From a virus: a stretch of DNA of 64,000 nt. The stretch lies in the IMG/VR virus record IMGVR_UViG_3300023179_000020; one strand, given 5' to 3'. This document shows, in pieces, positions 28,378-38,371 of this stretch (positions within the stretch are counted from its first letter, which is position 1; each line of letters opens with the position of its first letter). A program made the position numbers and the translations under genes. Under the pieces are notes generated by a model. The model searched no databases and was not told the DNA's origin. It saw nothing but the letters and a program-made list of their open reading frames with translations.

Positions 28378-28401
28378 ATAAAACATTAAAACTATAAAAC
28401 C

Positions 28402-28677
28402 ATGGGATTACTAGACAAATTACTAAATGGAGGATCAACTTACACTCCATACAACGGAACAACTCCTGGAATTAATCCTTTAGCAACAAAGCAATCTCAA
28501 CTTCATGCTGACGGAGCAGGAGCACCTGGTTACTCTGTAAATGGAGGATTTTTTGGTAGTGTAAACAGCGCATATCAAACGTATTTAGACGGTACTAATA
28601 ACATTTTACCACAACCATCACAATTAGACTTGAATGGTATTGATCCTACTCAATATATTCAAAACTTACCTGAATAA
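28402..28677 (+). CDS. Small virion-region protein (MGLLDKL N-terminus like 22445)
   Basis: ORF track; shared N-terminus. Confidence 0.65.
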   Translation: MGLLDKLLNGGSTYTPYNGTTPGINPLATKQSQLHADGAGAPGYSVNGGFFGSVNSAYQTYLDGTNNILPQPSQLDLNGIDPTQYIQNLPE

Positions 28678-30239
28678 TGCCCTTAATTGACCTTCAAACA
28701 AATTTAAGATCCCTTAAATATGGGATGGATAGACCTGGAGGGGCAACTAGCAAACAACCATTTATTACCACTGACATACCCGGAACCCCAGAGGGAACAG
28801 TTCCTTACAGTGCTGCTAATGATAATTCTGATTATGAAGGAAATTCTCCTGACTTTATTTTAAGGAATGGATTATTAAACGTTCAAGACTCACTTCAAGA
28901 CGTTGTTAGGGTAACTAAATGGTTTGCTACACCTAGTGGTTTGTCTTTTATTATAAAACAGACTTTATTAGAAAGGCAAAATGTGCTTATACCTGGAGGA
29001 AGTGGAGGAGTGTTACAACGACTTTATCTTCCTACATCTACAATAGCACAAGCTGGTGTTTTATCATTAGGGTACCATTTGAATAAAAAAGGATTAAACC
29101 CATTTGTTAAAGGATATGCTGTTGACGGTGAAAGTGCTGAAGGATACTTTAACACTACATTAACTGAGGATAGAGATAATGATAGTAGTAGGCTTACATT
29201 GTTGTATAAAGTAAAAGATTTATCATTTGTAAATATTAGTCAAGATGAACTTTTTAAAGCCAAACAACTCTACAACATAAGTAGAGACTCAACCCTTTTA
29301 TTTTCATACAATGGTGGTCCAAACAGCCCTATTCCCGGTTTGGGAAAAACAAATATACGATTTGCAGGTTCAGGTCCAAGAAACAGAGTTATCAACAATG
29401 ATCGTACTATATCAGATGCTATATTATTAACAAACAATGAAGAACCTCAAGTTTATCCTGTTAAAAAATCAACATATTTATCTGCTTTAAATGCTAATTA
29501 TAATAAAGGAATAAAGGGATTTAATAGAGAAAAAACTTATGGTACCTTAGCTACTAATTGGAGTGGATCAGGGGACCCAAATAAAGATTCTCAAAATTAT
29601 CTTGATGTTACATCAAAGCCTACTCAAGAAGACAAAGATCGTGATTTAATTAAATTCTTTTTTGAAGTTGTTAACCCTACATCTGTTAATGACACAAGTA
29701 ATGATTTTTTATTCTTTAGAGCATATGTTAATAGTATAGGTGATAATTTTAAAGCAGAGTGGACACCATACAAATATGTTGGTAGAGCAGAAAATTTTTA
29801 CAAATACGGTGGATTTGGTAGAGATGTTCAATTATCATTCACTATATATGCTCATACTGAACAAGAAATGATTCCTTTGTATAACAAATTAAACCGATTA
29901 TTAGGAACAACTGCTCCACGATATGGAAAATCAGGACTTATGCTAGGAAATTTTGTTAGAATAACAATTGGTGATTACTTTAATAATATGCCTTCTATAA
30001 TTAGTAGTATAAACCTAAAACCTTCATTTGAGGCAGGATGGGAAATAAATAGGAATGATAATGGTACTATTATAACTACCTCCAATTCTTCATTTCCCGC
30101 TAATCCTTCAGATGAAACAATTAAACAATTATCAATTGGTCAAATACCAAAACTGATAGAAGTTGATTTAGGCTTTACTCCTCTTCATGATTTTGTTCCT
30201 CAATATGGAGAAAGTTTTATACGAAAAACAGTAAACTAA
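28677..30239 (+). CDS. Baseplate/tail-tube initiator-like protein (gp48/gp54-type C-terminal tube fold)
   Basis: FFRAY..DNF.AEW..YVGRAENFYKYGGF.R...F...RITIGD motif; position between TMP and the LysM gene. Confidence 0.55.
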   Translation: MPLIDLQTNLRSLKYGMDRPGGATSKQPFITTDIPGTPEGTVPYSAANDNSDYEGNSPDFILRNGLLNVQDSLQDVVRVTKWFATPSGLSFIIKQTLLERQNVLIPGGSGGVLQRLYLPTSTIAQAGVLSLGYHLNKKGLNPFVKGYAVDGESAEGYFNTTLTEDRDNDSSRLTLLYKVKDLSFVNISQDELFKAKQLYNISRDSTLLFSYNGGPNSPIPGLGKTNIRFAGSGPRNRVINNDRTISDAILLTNNEEPQVYPVKKSTYLSALNANYNKGIKGFNREKTYGTLATNWSGSGDPNKDSQNYLDVTSKPTQEDKDRDLIKFFFEVVNPTSVNDTSNDFLFFRAYVNSIGDNFKAEWTPYKYVGRAENFYKYGGFGRDVQLSFTIYAHTEQEMIPLYNKLNRLLGTTAPRYGKSGLMLGNFVRITIGDYFNNMPSIISSINLKPSFEAGWEINRNDNGTIITTSNSSFPANPSDETIKQLSIGQIPKLIEVDLGFTPLHDFVPQYGESFIRKTVN

Positions 30240-30242
30240 TCA

Positions 30243-30542
30243 ATGAACAGATACCAATACATTCCTATCATTACCAGTTCTTTAGGAAAAAGATACTATA
30301 GGGATTCAAAATACCCTCGTATTCCACTATCTGTCAACGATATTTATGTGGTGACAACTATTGGTGATAGGTTTGATTTATTAGCAGACCAATACTATGG
30401 TGATTCATCGTTATGGTGGATCATATCTATTGCTAATGAAGAATTACCACAAAACTCACTATACATATCTGAAGGTACTCAACTTAGAATACCAACAGAT
30501 GTGAGTAATATTATAAGAAGTTACAATCAATTAAATTCTTAG
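30243..30542 (+). CDS. LysM-type baseplate protein (gp53/gpX-like)
   Basis: GDRFDLLADQYYGDSSLWWIISIAN..GTQLRIP. Confidence 0.85.
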   Translation: MNRYQYIPIITSSLGKRYYRDSKYPRIPLSVNDIYVVTTIGDRFDLLADQYYGDSSLWWIISIANEELPQNSLYISEGTQLRIPTDVSNIIRSYNQLNS

Positions 30543-30544
30543 TT

Positions 30545-33500
30545 ATGGCTATTTTAGGAGAATCATTTGATGATTATGTAAATAAACAAATTAAAACACG
30601 TCAAAACCTATTAGCTTTAAATGCTAATCACGATAATGATTTTTTAAAATACACCCATTCTCGCACTGCCTTTTTACGATTAACTTCAGGTGTAGATGTA
30701 ACAAATGAAAAGATTATTAATGATTTAGATTTGAAGGATATAAGCCTTAATAGTGGTTTAGCTAGTTCTTTAGTAATTTCTAATGCTAATTTCAGTGATG
30801 GTCTTACTAAAGGATTAGGAGGACTTAATGCTTCTTATGGGTTTTTATCTAACACAGATTATGGTTACACCCCACCTCCAGGTATTTTGTCTGCAGACAT
30901 AAGATCTTTAAATAGAGGTTCTTTACGAGAAGCAACCGTAAACTTAGTATGCCACAACTTGAATCAATTTCAAGTAATAGATACTTTGTTTTTAAAACTT
31001 AGATACTCGTTTTTATTAGAATGGGGAAATACAACATATTTTAATAATGATAATACTTTAGTTACTCCTGCTTCTGTTCCAAATTTATCAAAAGATTTTC
31101 TTGATTGGAAACAAGACCAATATGCTCTTTTAGATAAAATAGAACAAACACGTATAGGTTCAAGTGGTAATTATGATGCATTTTTTGGTGTTATTAAAAA
31201 CTTTTCATGGGAACTTCAACCTAATGGAAGTTATAATATAACAATTGTTGGCATTTCTCAAGGAGACGTAATTGAATCCCTTAAACTAAACTCTAATGTT
31301 ACCCCAGATGAAACTTCACCTGCAAATCAACAAGATTCAAAATTTAAAACATGTACTTTAACTCGAATTTTAGGTTTAATTTATGAAAAATCTCTTAGTG
31401 AAGGCAATAATCTAGATGGTTATAGTGGTCGTCCTTTTTTCCTAGCCTCAAGTAAAATAGCTTCAGAGTTAAGTATAAAACCTAATTTTTTAAGACCAGA
31501 TGATAATGCTAGTGTTACAGCAGCAAACAGTAGTTTAGCTAAAAATGAAGCACCATACATTCTTTTTTATACTATAAATCCTGATATGGGGGATAATTAT
31601 ATGCCTCGATATATAAAATTAGGAGCACTTCTTCGTATTATAGAAGCTTTTTTACTAACATATGATACTACAAAATCAAATGCCCCATCATTTAGAATAA
31701 ATTATTCATATAAAGACTCAGATAATAGATGCTTAACTATCCCTAACCATATAGCTATTGATCCTAGAATATGTGTTATTCCTTTAAAATTTGATGCTAA
31801 AAAAGTAGCAGCTGCGATAGGAAATAATGACCAACTAACCAACACATTTACTGCTAATTTTATTGATGGAGAGTATGTTCCTGGACTTCAACCTTCAACA
31901 GATTTAATAGAATATAATGCTTTAACAGATGACGATATAACTAGCCGAGACCATACTGTCCCTACTGCAAATACTACAGGAACCGCTTTACCAACTCCAT
32001 ATTACCTTACAGGAAGTGCTATTGTATTACAACAAACTCAAACTCTTAGACAAGATCCAATTGATATTGTTATTGATGATCCTATAAATTTTTCAAAAGG
32101 AATAGGAGGGATAGAACAACTTTTAGATACCAACCCTATTGAAGCATTACAAGGTGGAGCAACTCCCTCTACTACTGGTAATGGTACACCTATAAATGAT
32201 GTAAATGATTCTTTTGCTAAACAATATAATCAAATAAATGCAAATAATTTATTTCAAGCCGTTTTATCTGGAAGTTCTGAGGATGCAATAGATCAACAAA
32301 GAGGTTACAGAAGTAGTAATCCTGGTGTAGACTTTAATAATTTTAATGGGAGTTATGGAACAGATTCTCGTGGAAATAAATACTTTATTTTTAAAACTTC
32401 AGGTAATAACCAATATACTTTTACTAAAACTCCTACTAGTGAAAAAGGAACTACAAGCGCCTTCAATGATCGTACTGTTACTACAACTCTTAAGCAAGTT
32501 ACATCCGCAAGAGTATCTTATACAAAATCAACAACCGCTCCATTAGCTGATGCATTAGCAGCGGGTGGTGTACTTCAATACTTAGATAAAAGTTTTAATA
32601 GTGACAATAATCTTATTGGTAATACAATGCATATGTACATCAATATAGATCATGCTGTTGATTTGTTAAACAAAAATATTGATGAGAGTGGTAACATATC
32701 TGTTTACAATTTTTTAAAAACATTAATGCAAGATGTACAAAGATCTTTAGGTAACATTAATGATTTTGAAGTAATATGCAATGATACAAATAATACTTAT
32801 ACTATAATTGACAACGCTTTAATACCACACATATCTAAACCAAAACCAGATAGTATTGCTAATTTTAATATAAACACATTACAGAATAATACTGCTAATG
32901 GTGGAAGTTTCATTACTAATTTTAGTTTAAAAACAGAATTATTTGCTAGAGTAGCAAATGCTATAGCTATAGGATCACAAGCAAATGGAACTACTCTTCA
33001 ATCAAATTCTTCAACTTTTAGTTTTATAAATGAAGGAATAAAAGATAGAGTTTTAACTACAAAACAAAATGCAAATACAAATCAAACTGATAATGATGAT
33101 GTATTTGAAAAGAAATATACCAAGGCATATGCTTCCTTTTCAGATTTTGTTGCAAAATATTTAGGAATTAAATACGGAGTAAATAATGGTAGTACCCTTA
33201 CCCCAGAAGATATTCAACAATATAATTCATCTTTAGTTGATTTATTTAATTATGATTTGGGAATTTATACTAAAAAAGGTCAATTTACTGGTACAGGTTT
33301 TATTCCCCTTAATCTTCAATTAACTATGGATGGGTTGAGTGGAATAAAGATTTATCAAGTATTTACTATTAATGATACATTATTACCATCAATGTATAAA
33401 AATAAAATACAATTTATTATTAAAGGAGTAAACCATAGAATAAGTGATAAAGGATGGGAAACTAATGTTGAAACCTTATCTATACCTAAAAAAGAGGCAA

Positions 33501-33976
33501 AAGGTAATCCTCAACCCGGTAGATTAAACATACAAACTTTGTCTGGAGGTGGAGGAGGAGGAGGTAACATCCTCCCTAGAGGATCAGGTCCTACACCTGA
33601 AGCTGATAGATTAAGAAAAGAACTTTCAACTTATAACTATAAAGAAAAAGGAAATGAATTAGCAAATTATGGATATGATCTTACCTCAGAAATTGTTAAT
33701 AAAGCTTTAGATTTTATAAAAGACTTAAGTGCAAAATACCCTAGTTATAGAATCCAATTTACAGGAGGAAATGATGAATTCCACCACCTTAAAGCACCTA
33801 ATAGTATACATACTAAAGGCAAAGCTTTAGATTTTGTGATAGATTTTCCTTCTCCTACTCCTGAGGTAAGAAATAACATTTTAGCAATAGCTAGAAAATA
33901 TTTTAAGGTACTGGATGAGTATGCAAATCCAAGTCCTCAAGCAACAGCCCCACACATTCATGTATATTTAAGTTAA
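30545..33976 (+). CDS. Baseplate hub-like protein with C-terminal M15 (LAS) zinc peptidase
   Basis: GSLREATV..LLEWG..NYDAFFGVIKNFSW and LTMDGLSGIK..VNHRI..WET hub motifs; C-terminal SIHTKGKALDF and HIHV. Confidence 0.7.
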   Translation: MAILGESFDDYVNKQIKTRQNLLALNANHDNDFLKYTHSRTAFLRLTSGVDVTNEKIINDLDLKDISLNSGLASSLVISNANFSDGLTKGLGGLNASYGFLSNTDYGYTPPPGILSADIRSLNRGSLREATVNLVCHNLNQFQVIDTLFLKLRYSFLLEWGNTTYFNNDNTLVTPASVPNLSKDFLDWKQDQYALLDKIEQTRIGSSGNYDAFFGVIKNFSWELQPNGSYNITIVGISQGDVIESLKLNSNVTPDETSPANQQDSKFKTCTLTRILGLIYEKSLSEGNNLDGYSGRPFFLASSKIASELSIKPNFLRPDDNASVTAANSSLAKNEAPYILFYTINPDMGDNYMPRYIKLGALLRIIEAFLLTYDTTKSNAPSFRINYSYKDSDNRCLTIPNHIAIDPRICVIPLKFDAKKVAAAIGNNDQLTNTFTANFIDGEYVPGLQPSTDLIEYNALTDDDITSRDHTVPTANTTGTALPTPYYLTGSAIVLQQTQTLRQDPIDIVIDDPINFSKGIGGIEQLLDTNPIEALQGGATPSTTGNGTPINDVNDSFAKQYNQINANNLFQAVLSGSSEDAIDQQRGYRSSNPGVDFNNFNGSYGTDSRGNKYFIFKTSGNNQYTFTKTPTSEKGTTSAFNDRTVTTTLKQVTSARVSYTKSTTAPLADALAAGGVLQYLDKSFNSDNNLIGNTMHMYINIDHAVDLLNKNIDESGNISVYNFLKTLMQDVQRSLGNINDFEVICNDTNNTYTIIDNALIPHISKPKPDSIANFNINTLQNNTANGGSFITNFSLKTELFARVANAIAIGSQANGTTLQSNSSTFSFINEGIKDRVLTTKQNANTNQTDNDDVFEKKYTKAYASFSDFVAKYLGIKYGVNNGSTLTPEDIQQYNSSLVDLFNYDLGIYTKKGQFTGTGFIPLNLQLTMDGLSGIKIYQVFTINDTLLPSMYKNKIQFIIKGVNHRISDKGWETNVETLSIPKKEAKGNPQPGRLNIQTLSGGGGGGGNILPRGSGPTPEADRLRKELSTYNYKEKGNELANYGYDLTSEIVNKALDFIKDLSAKYPSYRIQFTGGNDEFHHLKAPNSIHTKGKALDFVIDFPSPTPEVRNNILAIARKYFKVLDEYANPSPQATAPHIHVYLS

Positions 33977-34506
33977 TGCCATACATTCCAAAAAATAAAA
34001 TTCAAACTGGACTTTATACAAATGGGGGAGAGTATGCTTTTGCTTCTAATAATCAAAACTATTCTGGACCATATTATAAAACATACGATGGAAAATTTTA
34101 TTCAGGTAATGGACCAAATGATACTACTACTAAAGAATTAATTTTAATTTCTCAAAACGATACAGGAAATCCTGATTTCCCTTCAGTTCCATATGATCCT
34201 CTTTTACCTACACCTCAAGATTATAAAAACGGATTTTTTACTCGATACTTTAATATTAGAAGAAACCAACCATTATTTACTGAAATTAGTAAAGATACTT
34301 ATGATAAGTATCAACAACGAGACTCTCAAGTGCTTTGGAAATTGTATAGAGTATTTTCTTTAAAATGGGAATTAACTGGTGACATAAACAAAGTTGCTCA
34401 AACAAATAAAAACGTAACCGAATTGGTAGAACGAAAAGAAAAAGCATTAGGGTTAGGACTATACTTAAAAGAAAATTGGATTCAATACTATAAAGAAAAA
34501 GCTTAA
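33976..34506 (+). CDS. Hypothetical baseplate-region protein
   Basis: YTNGGE..YSGPY and PT..DYKNG.FTRYF motifs. Confidence 0.65.
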   Translation: MPYIPKNKIQTGLYTNGGEYAFASNNQNYSGPYYKTYDGKFYSGNGPNDTTTKELILISQNDTGNPDFPSVPYDPLLPTPQDYKNGFFTRYFNIRRNQPLFTEISKDTYDKYQQRDSQVLWKLYRVFSLKWELTGDINKVAQTNKNVTELVERKEKALGLGLYLKENWIQYYKEKA

Positions 34507-34535
34507 TTTGGCTTTTTAAAGTTTTTTAGTATATT
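34507..34535 (+). promoter_or_regulatory. Bacteroidota-type promoter TTTG-N19-TATATT
   Basis: Marks the boundary between structural and replication genes. Confidence 0.7.
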
Positions 34536-34551
34536 AGTATGAATAAAGGTT

Positions 34552-35847
34552 ATGTATTACATTATAGAAAATCAATCTCAATTCGAAGAATTTGTTTTAC
34601 AACAAACAGATAGGTGTTTTGTTGAATTGATTTTTTGTCATAACTTAATTCATCCTATCCTTAATAGTGTTTCTTTAGTATACATTCGACCTGAAAACAA
34701 TAAAAAAGGATACATTATACCTATTACTCACAACGAGGCATTTTTAGTACCCTTCCAACAAGTAAAAAAATTAATATCGTCTTATAAAGAAGTGTTTGTA
34801 AGGGATAAAAAAACATGTATGTACTTTTTAAACAAAAAGAATTTACAACATGTTTATGCACCAAAAACTGAAGAATTATCATTTCCGATTTATGATTATT
34901 ATCATAGACAGTATCCAAACAGAAATGACATTAATACTTTTATTCCAATTGCAAAACATTATGAACGTTGTGAAGAATACTTTAACCATATCAAACATGT
35001 TTTTACAGAAGAAAAACCAATTTGGTTTGACTTTTACAACAAAGCAATAGAATGTTTTCACACCATAGAATCTAATGGTATTCAGGTGAATACAACGCTA
35101 ATAAACGATTATTTTACTCTAAACAATACCCTACATTCAATAAAAAATAATGTAGTATACTCACAGTATAACACTGATACTACAACTAAAAGACCTTCAA
35201 ACAGGTTTAATGGTATTAATTTTGCAGCGTTGCCTAAAGATGGTTCTCGACAAGTGTTTGTTTCTACAAATGGAAAATTCATAGACATTGACATTGATTC
35301 TTATCATCCAACCCTAATTGCTAAACAAATAGGATATGATTTTGGAGACGAATCAATTCACGAACACATGGCTAAACTGTATAATACTGATTATAAAACA
35401 AGTAAAGAACTTACTTTTAAACAATTGTACGGAGGCATATTCAAAGAGTATAAACATTTAGAATTTTTTGCTAAAACACAAACCTTAATAAACACATTGT
35501 GGGAACAGTTTAATGATGAAGGATTTATTAGTTGCCCCATTTCTAATTACAGGTTTTATAAAAACATGTTAAAAGACATGAATCCACAAAAACTGTTTAA
35601 TTATTGGGTTCAAAATTTAGAAACGTCTCAAAACATTTTATTGTTACAAGACATTTTGCCTATACTAAAAGGATATAAAAGTAAACTTGTATTATACACA
35701 TATGATGCATTTTTATTTGATTTTGACAAAGACGAATCTGGTTTATTGGAAAAGATATGTGAAGTATTCACATCCAATAACCTAAAATTTAAAATGAAAT
35801 ATGGAAAAAACTATTCTACCCTTAAACCATTCACACCATATGTATGA
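34552..35847 (+). CDS. Short, divergent family A DNA polymerase-like protein
   Basis: TTTKRPSN..INFAAL; motif A IDIDSYHP; motif B SKELTFKQLYG; NYWVQ; motif C YTYDAFLF. Confidence 0.75.
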   Translation: MYYIIENQSQFEEFVLQQTDRCFVELIFCHNLIHPILNSVSLVYIRPENNKKGYIIPITHNEAFLVPFQQVKKLISSYKEVFVRDKKTCMYFLNKKNLQHVYAPKTEELSFPIYDYYHRQYPNRNDINTFIPIAKHYERCEEYFNHIKHVFTEEKPIWFDFYNKAIECFHTIESNGIQVNTTLINDYFTLNNTLHSIKNNVVYSQYNTDTTTKRPSNRFNGINFAALPKDGSRQVFVSTNGKFIDIDIDSYHPTLIAKQIGYDFGDESIHEHMAKLYNTDYKTSKELTFKQLYGGIFKEYKHLEFFAKTQTLINTLWEQFNDEGFISCPISNYRFYKNMLKDMNPQKLFNYWVQNLETSQNILLLQDILPILKGYKSKLVLYTYDAFLFDFDKDESGLLEKICEVFTSNNLKFKMKYGKNYSTLKPFTPYV

Positions 35848-36280
35848 CAAACCCTGGCTGTTCACTCAGTCAGACTTAAACATTGATGACGTGAGTGGGA
35901 ATAAACTATTTTGTACATTTTCAGAATTAGAGGATGTTGACGATCTTATAGATGACATAAAAAATCAATACGAAGTATTGTATAATAAAATATTTGTTTT
36001 ACAAGTTAAAAGCAGTAACGAATATGTTTGCACCTATAACATAGACTATTCCAACTTAAACGAAATTCCAGAAAACACAATTTTAGTACACCGCAAAAAA
36101 GAGACAAACACTCTTTACACAATTAATGCTTTAAACGAACTGATTAAAAAATTAAATGGTGGTGTAGTAGATGTGTCTTTTAGGATTAACTGGATGCATT
36201 ACAGAAACTGTATTTTGTTGACTCAACACAATGAATTAAAACAATTAAACACAAAAGTGTATAAAATTGTAGAAGTATAA
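35840..36280 (+). CDS. Hypothetical protein
   Basis: NKLFCTF..TYN..HRKKETNTLYTINALN; start uncertain (35801, 35840 or GTG 35891). Confidence 0.65.
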   Translation: MYDKPWLFTQSDLNIDDVSGNKLFCTFSELEDVDDLIDDIKNQYEVLYNKIFVLQVKSSNEYVCTYNIDYSNLNEIPENTILVHRKKETNTLYTINALNELIKKLNGGVVDVSFRINWMHYRNCILLTQHNELKQLNTKVYKIVEV

Positions 36281-36288
36281 TATTTATA
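36281..36288 (+). promoter_or_regulatory. Putative late promoter TATTTATA followed by a gacac-aacg-gtgtc hairpin
   Basis: Intergenic region before the SSB gene. Confidence 0.45.
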
Positions 36289-36357
36289 ATAGACACAACG
36301 GTGTCAATTTAGGTTAGAACAAGTTAAGGAAAACACTACAAGAAAAAGGCAGTATAA

Positions 36358-36387
36358 TTTGGCCGTATTAAAAAAAAGTAGTATATT
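36358..36387 (+). promoter_or_regulatory. Promoter TTTG-N20-TATATT
   Basis: Conserved spacing. Confidence 0.7.
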
Positions 36388-36416
36388 AATAATAACAATT
36401 TAAAAACCAACGTTTT

Positions 36417-37265
36417 ATGAACATTGAAGCAATTAAACAAAAACTGAATGCCCTACAATCAACGGGGCAAAAGAAAGAAAAAGTTGATTACTCCAAATAC
36501 ATTTGGAAACCAAAACAAGAAGGTAAATTTCAAATCCGAATCGTTCCTTCAGCAATCAACAAAGAAAATCCATTTCAAGAAGTGTATGTACACTATGGAA
36601 TTTCTAAATTCCCTATTTATGCATTAACAAATTGGAGTGAAAAAGATCCTATTGTTGAATTTGCTAAACAGCTTCGTAACACAAATGACAAAGAAAACTG
36701 GAGATTAGCAAAAAAGCTAGACCCAAAAATGAGAATTTTTGCTCCTGTAATTGTTCGTGGTGAGGAAGACAAAGGTGTACGTCTTTGGGAATTTGGTAAA
36801 GAAATTTATGTTCAACTTTTAGGTATAGCTGAAGATGAAGATTATGGAGACTTTACAGACATTAATGATGGTCGTGACTTTACAGTTGAAGCTGTAACAG
36901 GTGACATTGGTGGTCGTCAAGGCCTTAAATGCTCAATTCGTGTTAAACCAAAAACATCAGTTTTAAGCACAGACAAAAACAGCATCAAAGTGTGGTTAGA
37001 AGAACAACCTAGTATTCTTGAACTTCAAAGAAAAATGACATTTGAAGAAATTAAAAGTGTATTAGAAAAATTCCTAAACCCTGAAGCTGAAGAAGGTGGT
37101 GAAGACGTTGACGCTGAAGACGAAACACCAAACGATTTGCCTTGGAAAGACGATGAAGAATCACCCGCTCCAAAAGCTAAATCAAACTATGCTCTAAAAA
37201 CACCAGCTGCTAAAACTTCAAAAGCAGACAAGTTTGATGCATTGTTTGAAGATGACGAAGATTAA
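36417..37265 (+). CDS. Single-stranded DNA-binding protein (T4 gp32-like)
   Basis: WKP..IRIVP, G.RLWEFGK, DFTD..GRDF motifs; acidic tail FDALFEDDED. Confidence 0.85.
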   Translation: MNIEAIKQKLNALQSTGQKKEKVDYSKYIWKPKQEGKFQIRIVPSAINKENPFQEVYVHYGISKFPIYALTNWSEKDPIVEFAKQLRNTNDKENWRLAKKLDPKMRIFAPVIVRGEEDKGVRLWEFGKEIYVQLLGIAEDEDYGDFTDINDGRDFTVEAVTGDIGGRQGLKCSIRVKPKTSVLSTDKNSIKVWLEEQPSILELQRKMTFEEIKSVLEKFLNPEAEEGGEDVDAEDETPNDLPWKDDEESPAPKAKSNYALKTPAAKTSKADKFDALFEDDED

Positions 37266-37284
37266 TTTTTAACCAAAACAGATT

Positions 37285-38370
37285 ATGGCCAAGAAAAAAG
37301 AATCTTTAATGACAGCAGTCTCTGAAGAAATTAAAGCAAGTTTCGACCTTGATAAATTTAAAGAGAAAAAACTACTTAACAGTACAGTTAAGTTCAAAGA
37401 ACAAAGATGGATCCCCTTCTCAGAAGCATTACAAGATTCAACTTCACTTCCAGGCGCAGCCATAGGCCATATTAATCTTTTAAGAGGACACAGTAACACA
37501 GGTAAAACAACAGCTTTACTTGAGTTGGCAATTAATGCCCAGAAAATGGGCATTTTGCCTGTGTTTATTATTACAGAGATGAAATGGTCTTGGGAACATG
37601 CTAAACAAATGGGTTTCCAAGTTGAAGACGTTGTTGATAAAACAACAGGTGAAATTGTAGATTATAAAGGTTTCTTCTTATACACTGACAGAAGTACATT
37701 AGGTACTATAGAAGACGTAGCAGAATTTATAGCTGACTTATTAGACGAACAAAAGAAAGGTAATTTACCATATGACTTGTGTTTCTTTTGGGACTCAATA
37801 GGTTCTATACCTTGTAAAATGAGTGTTGAAGCAAACAAAAACAATCCAATGTGGAATGCAGGAGCAATGTCCCAGCAATTTGGAAATTTTGTTAATCAAC
37901 GTTTTCCATTATCACGCAAAGAAAGTTCACCATACACCAATTCTATGGTAGCAATTAATAAAATTTGGATTGCACCTGCTGAAAACATATTTTCACAACC
38001 CAAAATGAAAATGAAAAATGGTGAGACAATGTTTTTAGATGCATCTATTGTTCTTACATTTGGTAACATTACCAATAGTGGAACAAGTAAATTAAAAGCA
38101 ACTAAAGATGGTAAAGAAGTAGAATTTGCGGTTCGTACTAAAGTGGCAGTAGACAAAAACCACGTTACAGGTTTACAAACCAAAAGTACAGTTGTAGCAA
38201 CAGTTCATGGTTTCATCAGTGACGATACTAAAGGAGTAACTGAGTATAAAAAACAACATGCTCACGAATGGATACACATTTTAGGAAGCCTTGACGGTAT
38301 TGGTCTTACTGAAGACAAATCAGAATGGGAAGAAAGCAAAGAAAACATTACCTTAATAGACGAAGAATAA
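37285..38370 (+). CDS. uvsX: RecA/UvsX-like recombinase
   Basis: Walker A GHSNTGKTT, Walker B FFWDSIG, KNH motif. Confidence 0.8.
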   Translation: MAKKKESLMTAVSEEIKASFDLDKFKEKKLLNSTVKFKEQRWIPFSEALQDSTSLPGAAIGHINLLRGHSNTGKTTALLELAINAQKMGILPVFIITEMKWSWEHAKQMGFQVEDVVDKTTGEIVDYKGFFLYTDRSTLGTIEDVAEFIADLLDEQKKGNLPYDLCFFWDSIGSIPCKMSVEANKNNPMWNAGAMSQQFGNFVNQRFPLSRKESSPYTNSMVAINKIWIAPAENIFSQPKMKMKNGETMFLDASIVLTFGNITNSGTSKLKATKDGKEVEFAVRTKVAVDKNHVTGLQTKSTVVATVHGFISDDTKGVTEYKKQHAHEWIHILGSLDGIGLTEDKSEWEESKENITLIDEE

Positions 38371-38371
38371 C

